DNA of 64,000 bases, from positions 2,112,001 to 2,176,000 of the forward strand of contig CAVTRN010000002.1 in assembly GCA_963737155.1 (NCBI GenBank). The letters run 5' to 3'. Of the stretch, positions 30,475-41,147 are shown piece after piece. Origin of the DNA: Nitrospirota bacterium (GTDB lineage Bacteria > Nitrospirota > UBA9217). Each line of letters begins with the position of its first letter. Within the stretch, counting starts at the first letter, position 1. The position numbers and the translations under genes were made by a program. Under the pieces are notes generated by a model that was given only the letters and a program-made list of their open reading frames with translations, did no database searches and was not told the origin of the DNA.

Positions 30475-32130
30475 TATTAGTAACTAAAGAATCAAAAGCT
30501 TCTCAAAATGGGTAGAACAATTTGGTGAATATGCATTAAACATGCGCCAGTTGCGGGATTACAGACATATTTCGGATGGTCAATCCCGCAGCGATAACAG
30601 CCTTGCCGAGTTTTGAAACGTAGTACTTGTATGTTTTGCCGACTTTCCGAATAATGCCGTGGACGTGAAGCCGTTTCAGAATTCTCGTCATGGTACTGCT
30701 CGTCACGGATGGCAGCTGTTTTCGTAGAGATTTATTCTGAAGTCCGTTGATGTTGAACTCGCCGCGGGCGAGAACCTCGAACAGTTTGAGATCATCGTCG
30801 CTGAAGAGATTGAAGCCCTTGTAGGAACGGTCGCCTGTTTCCACGGTCTTTGAAATTTTATCAAGGTTATTGATTCCCGCGCTTTGGTCGTCGAACGTGG
30901 AGATGAACTCAAGATAACGGCGGTTCGAGGCCTTGAAGATCGCCGTAAGGTCAAACAGGCTGTAGATGTTCTTCTTCATGGGTGCGTTCTTGTGGACAGG
31001 ATCTCCGATCCGCGACTGGACTTCCCGATAGTGCTTGAACTCCGAGACGTCGTTGGTCGTGGTCTCAATCCGGAGGATGCTGCCGAACTTGTCGTACATC
31101 TTGATGGATGAAGCGCCCATATGGTGCTTGATCCGTGTTCCCTGAATTCGGGTGTTGAAGTTGTTGCCCATTTCGCCTTGATAATTGCCGTGGAGCTTCC
31201 GACCCAGAAAGGTCGCGATATTCTCCGGTTTCACGGAGTGAATGGCGGTTCGAACGATTTGCTCATACAACGTGTGCAGGTCCGATTGCTTCTTGAAAAC
31301 GATGTCGGTGGCATATTCCACCTGCATAGTGCTCCAGTGGTAGGTAAGTCCGTACCCGTTACCGACCGGGCAGTATTGTTTAGCGAATCTGTCCAGTGCA
31401 TGGTGTAAGTCCGACACCTTGATGCTGTCAGAAAGCTCCTGGGCTTTGGGAAAATTATCGATAGAGAGAAACGCGTTCTCCCGAAGAACATAGGGGATTT
31501 TCTTTTTTGCCAATTTCGCCGCCAGCCAGTTGTGGCCGTTCATATAGAACTGGAGCCGGAACGGTGCCCAGGTGGGAACGCGGAGGTAGCACAGGCCGAA
31601 CGTCTTGTCGATGAAGTAGAAGTAATAGTGGAGACACTTTCCGGAATCATACTTGAGAAAGGTCTTGCCGGTGTTTTTGTCGTGCCAGGGTTTGTAGCTG
31701 GTGCAGGCTTCCATGGCCGAGAAGATATGAACAAGGCCGGGTTGCTCGCCACGCGCTTTGATGATTTCTTTGATCCGGGCCTCTTTACGGAACGCACCCA
31801 GCTTGCGGATGAACTCGATCTCAATGCTGTTCTCATTCGCGAGGCCCTCAGCGTTCTCCCGGACTTTTTCCTGAAGCGCTTTGGCGAACTGGGCATAATC
31901 GAAAATCTTGATCTGTCGGGCATAGAGGAATGCCGTCATCCCCTTATCGAAGCACCAGCCGGGCAGCGTGCCCTGCATGATCATGCGGTCATAGCAGGAT
32001 AGTGAACCGGCTATTTTATCTTGGTAGCGTTCAGGAATCATCATAGCAACCTCCATGACTACAATGAGTAGAGCCTTCATTGTATCATGGTTTTTATAAA
32101 ACCTCTTGGTTCCGGCTTGTCCGGGTTAGG
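30475..32130 (-). mobile_element. Unclassified 1,656-bp IS-like element, copy 1
   Basis: Reverse-complement duplicate of 42792-44447. Identity stops sharply at both ends. No TIRs; CTAA at both termini. Confidence 0.88.
30536..32044 (-). CDS. Putative transposase (Rep_trans-like motifs plus C-terminal winged HTH), copy 1
   Basis: Identical protein to copy 2. QVEYATDIVF, SIKMYDK...LRIETT, C-terminal wHTH. Start at the RBS-supported ATG; the ORF is open to 32080. Confidence 0.75.
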   Translation of the reverse strand: MMIPERYQDKIAGSLSCYDRMIMQGTLPGWCFDKGMTAFLYARQIKIFDYAQFAKALQEKVRENAEGLANENSIEIEFIRKLGAFRKEARIKEIIKARGEQPGLVHIFSAMEACTSYKPWHDKNTGKTFLKYDSGKCLHYYFYFIDKTFGLCYLRVPTWAPFRLQFYMNGHNWLAAKLAKKKIPYVLRENAFLSIDNFPKAQELSDSIKVSDLHHALDRFAKQYCPVGNGYGLTYHWSTMQVEYATDIVFKKQSDLHTLYEQIVRTAIHSVKPENIATFLGRKLHGNYQGEMGNNFNTRIQGTRIKHHMGASSIKMYDKFGSILRIETTTNDVSEFKHYREVQSRIGDPVHKNAPMKKNIYSLFDLTAIFKASNRRYLEFISTFDDQSAGINNLDKISKTVETGDRSYKGFNLFSDDDLKLFEVLARGEFNINGLQNKSLRKQLPSVTSSTMTRILKRLHVHGIIRKVGKTYKYYVSKLGKAVIAAGLTIRNMSVIPQLAHV

Positions 32131-32882
32131 CTTATCAAGTTCCCATTGCAGAATTTGCGAATTGATTTTTTCCCTCTGTCGCTGCAAACGTTTGATGCTC
32201 TCTCCTCCGAACTCTTACGGGTTCAGTCCGCTGCCTTCCGGCAGTCCCCAGCATCTCATCCTTCCCGCGTGCGTTTCCTTCGTTCGTCGAGACATCGACA
32301 TTGCCCCAGCCTTCCATATTCAGACCCCTATCTTGTCGGTTGCGGTATGGTCGGTTCGAAGGAGGCATCCGAATGGAGTGGCTATGTACGCGGCTCAAAC
32401 GGGGCGTGCGATTTTCTCACGCTCTGTTTTGCAGAGTGCGTCTTTCATGCAAAACAATCGCTGATATCAATGAAATAATCTGCTCGATGGCTTGGCCAAA
32501 TTCATTGTTCGCTATGCAGATGTTCGCGGTGTTTCCACGATTGTCATAGATAATCTTAAGGACATCAGTGAGTACAAAGACTCGGGTGACAGTGAGAACC
32601 AGCAGATAACCAAGGGCGGTTTGTCCAAATAGTCAAAAATGCTCACGTACAAAGCCAGATTCAATCGGGGTTCATGCTGAACTAGCCGAATGCATCAGAC
32701 GCTACGCAAATAAATTTCGACATGTGCGGGCAACTAAAAGAAAACTATAGGAACAATCCCAGCGGTCGACAAGATAAAAGAAGCGGTCCTGTCTTAATTT
32801 GAACATGACTGGCCGAACATGAATATCTGACGTTCAACTTCACACCTATCTCGGTCAAATTCACTGCTAAGACTGTTCCTTC

Positions 32883-33656
32883 TCAAAGAGTATTGAGATA
32901 TGCAATAAGGTCCTCCATTTCTTCTGCGGAAAGGTAGGCGAATGATGGCATACGTCCCAGTGGCTGTCGAAGTTGGAACCGTATACTCTCGGCAGTGGCC
33001 GGGTTCTTGCTGATCGGAAGCACCGGCTTCCTTAGCAAGCCTTTGAGGCCTGGGCCAACGATCGTTCTCGTACTCGATGGGTCATGACAACCTGCACATC
33101 TTGATGCAAACAGTTTTCTCCCCTGCTCTATACTCAGACGATCCGTTCTGATTGCCATTATCCCTGGTGCACTCTCTTTTTTTACTGTCAGAAAAGGCCA
33201 TTGAAGATTATAAAATACGCTTTTATCCGTCGTCCGGTCCTGCCCGAACCGGCTGACTGTAAGATAAAACCCGCCTGATATGCCGACAAGCATAAAAGTC
33301 ATAACACCTATCATGATGCCTATGGTTTTTGCTTGGCTGTAAAACTGGCGATACATGCGCACGAAGAGAACTTTTATTGGGAAGAGAATGACGATGGCTA
33401 GGGCGAGTAATATGTGAAGAGCGGCCCGAGGCGACGGTTCAGCTTGAGATACTGACGCGAAGCCGATGCAGAGGTAGGATAAAAAAAGAAAAAGAAAAAG
33501 GTAGAGATATCCCGCAATCTTGTGAAGCCGCTTGAAACGGTTGATGATGGGGGTTTCCGCCGCCCGTCCAAACACTTCAAACATAGAGTATAAGGCCAGA
33601 AGAGCGCTTCCGAGAAGCCCAAGGGAAAACAGCGATTTAATGAAAAAAATTGTCAT
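32883..33656 (-). CDS. Membrane-anchored monoheme c-type cytochrome (four-TM N-terminal domain)
   Basis: Four TMs with His residues, CAGCH heme motif, distal Met in RMPSF. Confidence 0.85.
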   Translation of the reverse strand: MTIFFIKSLFSLGLLGSALLALYSMFEVFGRAAETPIINRFKRLHKIAGYLYLFLFLFLSYLCIGFASVSQAEPSPRAALHILLALAIVILFPIKVLFVRMYRQFYSQAKTIGIMIGVMTFMLVGISGGFYLTVSRFGQDRTTDKSVFYNLQWPFLTVKKESAPGIMAIRTDRLSIEQGRKLFASRCAGCHDPSSTRTIVGPGLKGLLRKPVLPISKNPATAESIRFQLRQPLGRMPSFAYLSAEEMEDLIAYLNTL

Positions 33657-34259
33657 GGAAAGTCCTCTGGGATACAAAGCAAATACTAAACATTGGATTG
33701 TTATCAGTCTATGGAAAAAACCTATCAGAACGAGGGGGCAATGTCAAACAGGAGGAAGGAGAAAGTTGACTGATCAAAAAAACGATTGTTTACTCCGGGT
33801 CCTGTTCTGGAAACGGAAATAGAAGGCTATACCTCAATTTGCTAATGCAACTTTTCATGGCTATGGTCTTATCGTCAGGAGCTGAAATTCACGGGCCCGC
33901 TTGCACGCCGCATCTACCGTTTCTATCAGCTTGGCTTCCGTTTAATATTCTGCCTCGCCGTCCCGCAACACCAATGCGCATCGTAATCTGTGTAGCATCG
34001 TGCCAGTTTAAGTTTTGATATATGCTTATCTCCAGTATTCGTGCTGCAGCCTGCACAGCGTTATGGCCAGCATCGTATTCGGAAGGAGAATGATTCTCTT
34101 TTCCCCGGCCCACCAAGACGCGCTAGCCACTTCTCGTATCGTTTTCTGAGCCCGATAATCTTCTTGGCCAGCTCTTCGCCTATCTTCAGCCGATTTTCCC
34201 CCGTGCAGGTCAGTAACCATGCGGCCCAACTGATGCTTGAAGCGGGTCTGTTTAAATTC

Positions 34260-34470
34260 TTTCGAGAACAATAGAGAGGGATATGATCATTATCCGTGCC
34301 CATCCGTTCTATTTCTATTTCGTATCTTTCGTGAATCCCTATCACGGTTTCTCTGATTATTTCCACATCATTATCGAGCAGTGCTCTTCTGTATTTCACC
34401 GGAAATGCGATGTGATAGTGAATCGACCACGCACAATGATTTCCCCTATATACTTCAGTTCGCTCTTACA
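34260..34470 (-). pseudogene. tnpA: IS200/IS605 Y1 transposase (TnpA) relic
   Basis: HCAWSIHYHIAFPVKYRR...EIERMGTDNDHIPL. The HUH motif is mutated to HIP and the C-terminal catalytic-Tyr region is missing. Confidence 0.75.
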
Positions 34471-34689
34471 CGCTCCGAGCTTTACACATAAGATGACCCT
34501 GCTAAAGCCTCTTTGCTTGACTCTAGACCGCCCTTTGGGTTGAAGGAAGAACGAATGAATAATCAATGGCTTGAAAGAGAATAATAGTGTACTGAAACGA
34601 GCAACAGAACGAGGTTATTAGGGGAAGTCAATAAGTGCGAAGCAACTTCGATTTTTTATGCGCGGGCATGGATAAAAAGGACTCTGTCG

Positions 34690-35529
34690 TCAGCGAGCAT
34701 CCCCTCCTGATTTTCTCGCAGTCAGCTCGAATACGAATGATCCCACCTTGAGTGAACTCTTGATGAGCACCGGAATTTTTTGATCATCGTCAGAAAGCCA
34801 CAGGAAAACCACTCCTTTGTTCAGGAAGACACCTTCATAGCGAGGATACGTTCTGAGTTTGATTGTTTCAAATTCACCGGCAGGTGTTTTTATCTTTTCC
34901 CTGTCCAGTACCTGTATCTCGACAGACCAGTTTTTGTCGCCTTCAAAGACAGAGATTGCCTTACTTTTGCCGATCGTTAAATTGCCCATCATCCGTATTA
35001 CGTAAAGCGCTGATAGCGGATCCACTACGTGTCTTGGCACGGAATGTGTCTCAGGGGCATCGTCGTTCAATTTGCTAATGACTGTTCTATGTGCGGAGTC
35101 GAAAGTTAATTCGTGCCGCCTCCTCTTCTTGCCGTAGGCTTCCTTGAGATTGTATGACAGGCTTTGTCCTATTAACGGGTCAAAAATGCTCCAGGCCATG
35201 TCATTAACGTGGAAGAATTTATCCACAACACCTGTTGAATGGCCAGTTATAACGAAGCATAATGCAGGCCTTCCCTCCGGTAATATTTCGCTTTCAACTT
35301 TTAGAACCACAATTCCAGCAGTAATGATGTTCGACCAACTGACATTATAGGTCAGCGTTTCGCCCCGTTGAAGCGCTGTGACGGGATACGAGGGAGAGAT
35401 TTTCGACTTGACATCGGCGCCGATTACGGCTGGAAGAAACATCATCACCAATGTAAGCATAATGATGACGCCCCTTATTCCAATTCGGATGGCTTTGGCT
35501 TTTAAAATATCTATCATGACAATTGACAA
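34690..35529 (-). CDS. DUF3108-domain protein
   Basis: GETLTYNVSW, DPLSALY, IKTPAGEF, WLSDD..KIPV. Start uncertain. Confidence 0.8.
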   Translation of the reverse strand: MSIVMIDILKAKAIRIGIRGVIIMLTLVMMFLPAVIGADVKSKISPSYPVTALQRGETLTYNVSWSNIITAGIVVLKVESEILPEGRPALCFVITGHSTGVVDKFFHVNDMAWSIFDPLIGQSLSYNLKEAYGKKRRRHELTFDSAHRTVISKLNDDAPETHSVPRHVVDPLSALYVIRMMGNLTIGKSKAISVFEGDKNWSVEIQVLDREKIKTPAGEFETIKLRTYPRYEGVFLNKGVVFLWLSDDDQKIPVLIKSSLKVGSFVFELTARKSGGDAR

Positions 35530-35700
35530 GAGTATCCCAATTTCCGGCCGAGATTAACAAAGAAGGGAAAGACAAAGAAATTCTCCAACCTACTTTGAAT
35601 ATAGAATGATTTTCGCAGCGCCGATAACGGAACTGAAAGTATAATCACCTAACGTTTATTCGCTTGTATAGAAACAGAAATATCCCAGAATGGTAAAAAA

Positions 35701-35910
35701 TTATGTTACCAGAATCTTATTTCCCTGAAAATCCACGATTTGGCCTGATCGTATCTTATGACGTTTACGCAGTTCCACCTTACCATCAACCTTTACTCGT
35801 CCCAAAGAGATCTCCACCTTAGACATACCCCCGCTCTCGCAAAGTCCCACAAATTTCAAGAGCCTGTTCAACTCGATAAATTCATTATTTTCAAGTTTAA
35901 ACTCATACAT
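35701..35910 (-). CDS. S4-domain RNA-binding protein (YbcJ/YaaA-like)
   Basis: FIELNRLLK..GLCESGG..K...G.VKVDG.VELRKR.KI. Confidence 0.88.
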   Translation of the reverse strand: MYEFKLENNEFIELNRLLKFVGLCESGGMSKVEISLGRVKVDGKVELRKRHKIRSGQIVDFQGNKILVT

Positions 35911-36329
35911 AACTATTCGCAGCGAATATCATGATTTCATCATCCTTACGATTCCTGAGATATCTGAATAAGTACAGAATTCCCCTTTTCTGCATATAGA
36001 CGATTTTCGACCACATTAAGGATGCCAGCTTTTGAACCCATAGTTGTACGTGATTACCGCAATAAGGTAGGCTGCAGCAAGCAGAACAATAACAATCAGG
36101 ATGCTGGCATTATACGACCTCCTTTCCTGAGTAGGATTTTCTGCGCATTACTTTGATATCTTTCTATATAAAGATAACGCTGACTTAGACAATGTCAAGT
36201 ATAAAAAAAATAGTTATACAAGGCTTTTCAATGAGCCACCGATATCCGGTAACGGCCTGCCAATAACGGTGTAGAAGACAAGAATACACAAAAATTAGGC
36301 CTTTATCAACTGCATTGTGCCGCAGCTAA

Positions 36330-36560
36330 TGCAGATTTAATGTCTTTTGTTTCCGAGTTGTAGATGAAAGCCCTGATTGCTTCCTGATCCTTTGGCTATT
36401 ATGGCGACAAACTTGAGCCCTATGTCGGGTCGTTTATGGCGATCTCAGAGATATTGAAGCTCTCTCTTTTTTCCGCTTGGCATGGAAAATCTTAATTACA
36501 ATGGCCAAACTGCTTGACCATATTCATCGCCATACACTCTGCTCGAAAGGTGGTAAACAC
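36330..36560 (-). pseudogene. Possible decayed PilZ-domain gene
   Basis: Frameshifted DIGLKFVAII / DQEAIRAFIYNSETKDI resembles the C-terminus of the REC-PilZ protein at 24531. Confidence 0.35.
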
Positions 36561-36899
36561 TCAAACCAGAGATACGGCCATATGATCCTAGTAAAAAGAT
36601 ATACGATGCTTTACAGACTCTTATATTTTCTCAACTTCAGCCTATTTCGTGGTCTCTAAGAAGCTTTCGAGACTCATTTCCCACCGTATGCTTTACTCAA
36701 TGTTCAATTGCAAGGAGAGTCAAAAAATACATGTCAAATTCACACATCCTCCACCACTTTGAGCAAGGAATATAACAATATCTTGACAATAAGGCATGAA
36801 TATCAGATAATATGTAGTCTTAACAAGTAGCCCTTCCCTAGCTGCCGCGTCATTATGAGCGGCATATCTATTTAAAAAAAACAGCTCGAGGAGCGCATT

Positions 36900-37859
36900 T
36901 TGCCGCAAGAATATCTCGAATTTGAAAAACCGATTGCTGAGCTGGAAAAGAAAATCGAGGAATTAACGCTTTTTACCTCCAACGGAGGTATCGACCTAGA
37001 AGAAGAAATCCTGAAGCTTCAAAAAAAATCGGATCAGCTGCTCGCCGAAATATATTCTAAGCTTACACCTTGGCAAAAGGTCCAGATTTCTCGCCATCCG
37101 AACCGTCCATATACACTTGACTACATAGAAGCAGTGCTTACGGATTTCGTTGAAATGCACGGTGACCGCGGGTTTGGCGACGATCCTGCAATCGTATGCG
37201 GCCTGGCAAGCCTCGAGGGTGCTCCCATTGTCGTAATAGGCCATCAGAAAGGAAGGACCTTGAAGGAGCGCGTATACCGCAATTTCGGCCAGCCAAATCC
37301 CGAGGGCTATCGAAAAGCGCTCCGATTGATGCGGTTTGCCGAAAAGTTCAACCGTCCGCTCATTACCTTCATCGATACGCCCGGTGCCTACCCCGGTATC
37401 AGTGCGGAAGAGCGCGGGCAGGGCGAGTCAATCGCCCGCAACCTCTTTGTCATGTCAACGCTCAAGATACCCATAGTCAGTATTGTGATCGGCGAAGGAG
37501 GGAGCGGTGGAGCGCTAGCCATGGGTGTCGCCGATCGCGTGATCATGCTTGAACACGCCACCTATTCCGTCATCTCCCCAGAGGCATGCGCTGCCATCCT
37601 CTGGAACAACGGTGCAAAGGCCAGCGAGGCAGCGGAGCTTCTGAAGCTCACGGCTCAAGACTTGTTCCAAATGAAGGTCATTGACGAAATGGTGGAAGAG
37701 CCCATCGGCGGGGCCCAACGCGACCCGCGGCGAGTGGCGGAGCTGGTGAAGGAGGCTCTTACTCGGAACTTGACTGAAATCAGAAGTACGGAGCCCTCCG
37801 TTCTTGTGAAATTGCGCTACGAAAAATTCCGCAAGATGGGGTTGTACGACCAGATTTAG
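36900..37859 (+). CDS. accA: Acetyl-CoA carboxylase carboxyltransferase alpha subunit
   Basis: [51 protein letters not shown] start with RBS. Confidence 0.97.
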   Translation: MPQEYLEFEKPIAELEKKIEELTLFTSNGGIDLEEEILKLQKKSDQLLAEIYSKLTPWQKVQISRHPNRPYTLDYIEAVLTDFVEMHGDRGFGDDPAIVCGLASLEGAPIVVIGHQKGRTLKERVYRNFGQPNPEGYRKALRLMRFAEKFNRPLITFIDTPGAYPGISAEERGQGESIARNLFVMSTLKIPIVSIVIGEGGSGGALAMGVADRVIMLEHATYSVISPEACAAILWNNGAKASEAAELLKLTAQDLFQMKVIDEMVEEPIGGAQRDPRRVAELVKEALTRNLTEIRSTEPSVLVKLRYEKFRKMGLYDQI

Positions 37860-37864
37860 TCAAT

Positions 37865-38218
37865 TTATTCTATTTCTTCCCTGAGCAAATCCGCTGCCGA
37901 TTCAATTCCTACTAAAGCATCCTGGACGTGTGTATAGGCCGACAGAAACACCAGCAAGCAGTATTCTCCTGAAACAGGCACAATCAATTCATTCCCCTCT
38001 TCGTGAGAAAAGAGCACCGCGTGGACAGATCCGAGTTCAAGGCGCTTTGCAATGTCCCGGATATGATCCAGATGAATCTCTTTCCATGCTCCAAGCAGCT
38101 TCACATCCCCATCGTAATGACCGGATTGGGCGATTGACTCTCCTTCACCATCCAGAAATATGGCTGCATGTGCGCCGCTAACCGTCGAAATCATGCCCTG
38201 AAGAATTTTCTGGAGCAT
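37865..38218 (-). CDS. Roadblock/LC7 (MglB-like) domain protein
   Basis: ILQGMISTVSGAHAAIFLDGEGESI pattern. RBS GGAGG before MLQK. Confidence 0.7.
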   Translation of the reverse strand: MLQKILQGMISTVSGAHAAIFLDGEGESIAQSGHYDGDVKLLGAWKEIHLDHIRDIAKRLELGSVHAVLFSHEEGNELIVPVSGEYCLLVFLSAYTHVQDALVGIESAADLLREEIE

Positions 38219-38318
38219 CCACACCTCCGGGAACGCTGGTGAGAAATGGCAGGAACAAGACAGTGCACGAGATTTCGCGTCTGTTACAACTCTCTGTAAC
38301 CTTCTCTTCTTCCGCAAG

Positions 38319-39020
38319 TCAACCGAAAATCCGGAAGAACAGAAACGTTACACCGGCGCCCAGAAGAGCTCCAGCGACGACTTCCAGCGGCCGGTGAATT
38401 CCCATGGACCATCTGCTCCAACTGATCATAACCGCGAGCAGAAAAGTCAGGAAAACGATTGAAAGTGATCCAGTCAGATAGAACGCATCTATCCAAATCG
38501 AGAAGGACACCGCTGCATGGCCGCTCGGCATACCCCCTCTAAGCGGTTCGCCCTTGCCGAAAAAAGCTTTAATAAAGATAACCAGAATGATCACAACAGC
38601 AAGGGATACGAAGACAATAATATCGTCAGGAGCCTTCGTGATATGCCAGTGCGTATTCAGGGTTGTTTTTTTCAGCGCAGGATAAAGGATAAGGTAAGCC
38701 AGCATAAGTGAACCAATTGATGCCGTAAGTACGACACCGGCCGCGATATCCTTAGCAATTTTTGCCTTAGGGTGGAACTCCTCGCAGATCATGTCTACTG
38801 TCGTCTCTATAGCCGTGTTCAACATCTCCGTAACAAGCACCAAGATGATGGCCATGCAGAGCAGTGTGAATTCAAGCCGGGAAATATTGAGGATCAATCC
38901 AAAGACAAGGGCCGCCAGCGCGGCTATGAGATGGTAGCGCATATGCCGCTGGGTTTTGACGGCGTATATTATCCCTTCGATAGCTACGTTGGTGCTCTGA
39001 AACCACGATTTCGGCTTCAT
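38319..39020 (-). CDS. dgkA: Diacylglycerol/undecaprenol kinase fused to PAP2 phosphatase domain
   Basis: EMLNTAIE..VD, KIAKDIAAG; PAP2 GGMPSGHAA and SR...IH. Confidence 0.9.
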   Translation of the reverse strand: MKPKSWFQSTNVAIEGIIYAVKTQRHMRYHLIAALAALVFGLILNISRLEFTLLCMAIILVLVTEMLNTAIETTVDMICEEFHPKAKIAKDIAAGVVLTASIGSLMLAYLILYPALKKTTLNTHWHITKAPDDIIVFVSLAVVIILVIFIKAFFGKGEPLRGGMPSGHAAVSFSIWIDAFYLTGSLSIVFLTFLLAVMISWSRWSMGIHRPLEVVAGALLGAGVTFLFFRIFG

Positions 39021-39454
39021 CGGGCAATCCTCCGACAGAGGCGAACTTCCTTGCGACGCATCCTGCAGGCTTCCGTAGTCCCCCGTTCGTGGTCAAAGCC
39101 GAGCAGGTGGAGCAAGCCATGCACAAGCAGACGTTCAATCTCTTGTCCGAGTGAATGGTTCCGCTCCCGAGCCTGACGAGCAGCTGTGGGCACGGAAATG
39201 ACGATATCTCCCAGAATGTCTCGGCGAATTTCGGCAAATTGTCCTTCCCGCTGTGAGAAGGAAAGCACATCGGTGGCATGATCAACCCCACGGTAGCGGC
39301 GGTTCAAGGAACGCATGGCCCGGTCACCGGTAAAGAGGACGCTCAACTCCGCGTCAGGAATACCGAAACTATGTAAGAGAATTGCGAGCTGCTTCCTTCG
39401 TTTTGTCAATGCCAGCCTTTTTTTCCTCTGATTGTTTTTTATCCTGATGGTCAC
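39017..39454 (-). CDS. ybeY: rRNA maturation endoribonuclease YbeY
   Basis: LNRRYRG.D.ATDVLSF, LGDIVIS, HGLLHLLGFDH. Confidence 0.95.
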   Translation of the reverse strand: MTIRIKNNQRKKRLALTKRRKQLAILLHSFGIPDAELSVLFTGDRAMRSLNRRYRGVDHATDVLSFSQREGQFAEIRRDILGDIVISVPTAARQARERNHSLGQEIERLLVHGLLHLLGFDHERGTTEACRMRRKEVRLCRRIAR

Positions 39455-41147
39455 TTCGTTTTTTTTCTCCAGGAAATTCCATGCCAGGATAGTCGATGCG
39501 CTGGTGGTAGATGCCGTTGAGGAGTAGGTTGAAGCTCTTTGAGATATCCCGCAGGTCCTTAAGCGTCAGGTCGCACATGCTGAGCTGGTCGTCAAGGAAT
39601 ATCCGAGTAATGACGCTGGTCGTCAACGCTTGGATGCGTTGGGGCGTCGGGTTTTCCAGCACCCTCGACGCGGCTTCGACATTGTCCGCCAACATCACGA
39701 TTGCAGCTACTTTCGTCTGCGGACGCGGTCCGGGGTAACGATAATCTTCTTCGGCGATATTTATGTAGGGCTGGAGTTCCTTCGCTTTCTGAAAGAAGTA
39801 GGTAATAAGCGACGTGCCGTGGTGCTGGTGGATTATGTCGATAATCGCGGAGGGCAGCTTGTGCTGTCGTGCCAAATCGACACCTTCCTTGACGTGGGAT
39901 GCTATGATCAGGCTACTCATGGAAGGCATGAGACGATCGTGCTTATTTTTAGAGACGCGCTGATTCTCGATAAAATATTCTGGTTTGTGGATTTTGCCGA
40001 TGTCGTGATAATAGGCCGCTACGCGCGCCAAAATAGGATTCTCGCCGATAGACTCGGCTGCGGCTTCTGCAAGATTCCCGATAAGGATACTATGATGGTA
40101 GGTACCGGGACTTTTGTAAACCAATTCCTTAAGCAGCGGATGGTTGGGGTCAAGGAGTTCCAGAAGCTTTATATCTGTTGCAATGTTGAAAACGGCCTCG
40201 AAAAACGGCAGGGTAACCGACACGATCATGGTAACCGATACCGCTCCAAGCAGACCCGCGGCCAAATCATTTACAATACGGTTCAGAATATCTCCGCGAT
40301 AGCTGTCGATGCCAATGATGACAATAAAACTGATAAGGGCCATTGAAGCACCCGCTCTGAGAACGGCGGTCCTCTTTTTGCATCGGATGACACTAAGTGC
40401 TGCGACGATACTTCCGAGAAAATAGTAGAGCGGAATAAAAGGATCGCCCTGGAGCGTTATCCCAAGAAGGATGCTGACGACAAAGGAAAATCCCAGTGCC
40501 AAATGAAAATCAAGAAGCAGGCTGGTCAACATGGCTCCAGCCGCCACGGGAAGCGCGAAACCAATGGTCACAATGTCCAGATGCAGCTTATCCGCCAGGA
40601 TCGTGAAAATGGTGTCGGAAAACTGCGCGAGGACAATCGTTGTAAGAAGCAGAAATGCGAGCAGGAGAATCTTATTCGTATCTCTGATAAGGGCCGGCCG
40701 ATAATAGTCGATATCTCGATAGAAAAGGTAAAACAAGACTAGGAACAAAGCGGCCAAACCGCAGTACGCATGAAACCTATTGCCAAATCCTTCGCGCCGC
40801 GCTATCTCCTCGAGGATACTGGCATCCCGCTCCGTTACGCGTCGTCCGGCTTCAACGATGACTTCATCCTTGATTACCCGATACGAAATCGTTGTCTGGT
40901 TGGGGCCGCGATACTCCATGGAGAATGTATAGGGCGAAGTAATGTTCCTCGTTGCCAGGTCTCCCGGTTCGAGCAACGGAATCCGCGGCAACAAAACGAG
41001 TGCTAGGAGAGCCGCCGTCACAACGGCGATGCCGACATTGGAGAGCATAACTAGGCGTGATGGCTTCGCTAGGAGGTCAGAGCGATCAGGATCGTGGCCC
41101 TGGGTTTTGGGGAGAAGCTTTACGGCCGTCTCATTTTTTTTATTCAT
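39369..41147 (-). CDS. 7TM-HD phosphohydrolase (PgpH-like cyclic-di-nucleotide phosphodiesterase)
   Basis: Multiple TMs, PGTYHHS, YYHDIGK, HHGT, MLAD.VEAA. Confidence 0.9.
   Translation of the reverse strand: MNKKNETAVKLLPKTQGHDPDRSDLLAKPSRLVMLSNVGIAVVTAALLALVLLPRIPLLEPGDLATRNITSPYTFSMEYRGPNQTTISYRVIKDEVIVEAGRRVTERDASILEEIARREGFGNRFHAYCGLAALFLVLFYLFYRDIDYYRPALIRDTNKILLLAFLLLTTIVLAQFSDTIFTILADKLHLDIVTIGFALPVAAGAMLTSLLLDFHLALGFSFVVSILLGITLQGDPFIPLYYFLGSIVAALSVIRCKKRTAVLRAGASMALISFIVIIGIDSYRGDILNRIVNDLAAGLLGAVSVTMIVSVTLPFFEAVFNIATDIKLLELLDPNHPLLKELVYKSPGTYHHSILIGNLAEAAAESIGENPILARVAAYYHDIGKIHKPEYFIENQRVSKNKHDRLMPSMSSLIIASHVKEGVDLARQHKLPSAIIDIIHQHHGTSLITYFFQKAKELQPYINIAEEDYRYPGPRPQTKVAAIVMLADNVEAASRVLENPTPQRIQALTTSVITRIFLDDQLSMCDLTLKDLRDISKSFNLLLNGIYHQRIDYPGMEFPGEKKRSDHQDKKQSEEKKAGIDKTKEAARNSLT

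Noticed and set aside
35930-36127. Strong RBS followed by a frameshifted hydrophobic mini-ORF
   Set aside because: Immediate frameshift and internal TAA; probably a relic, family not identifiable.
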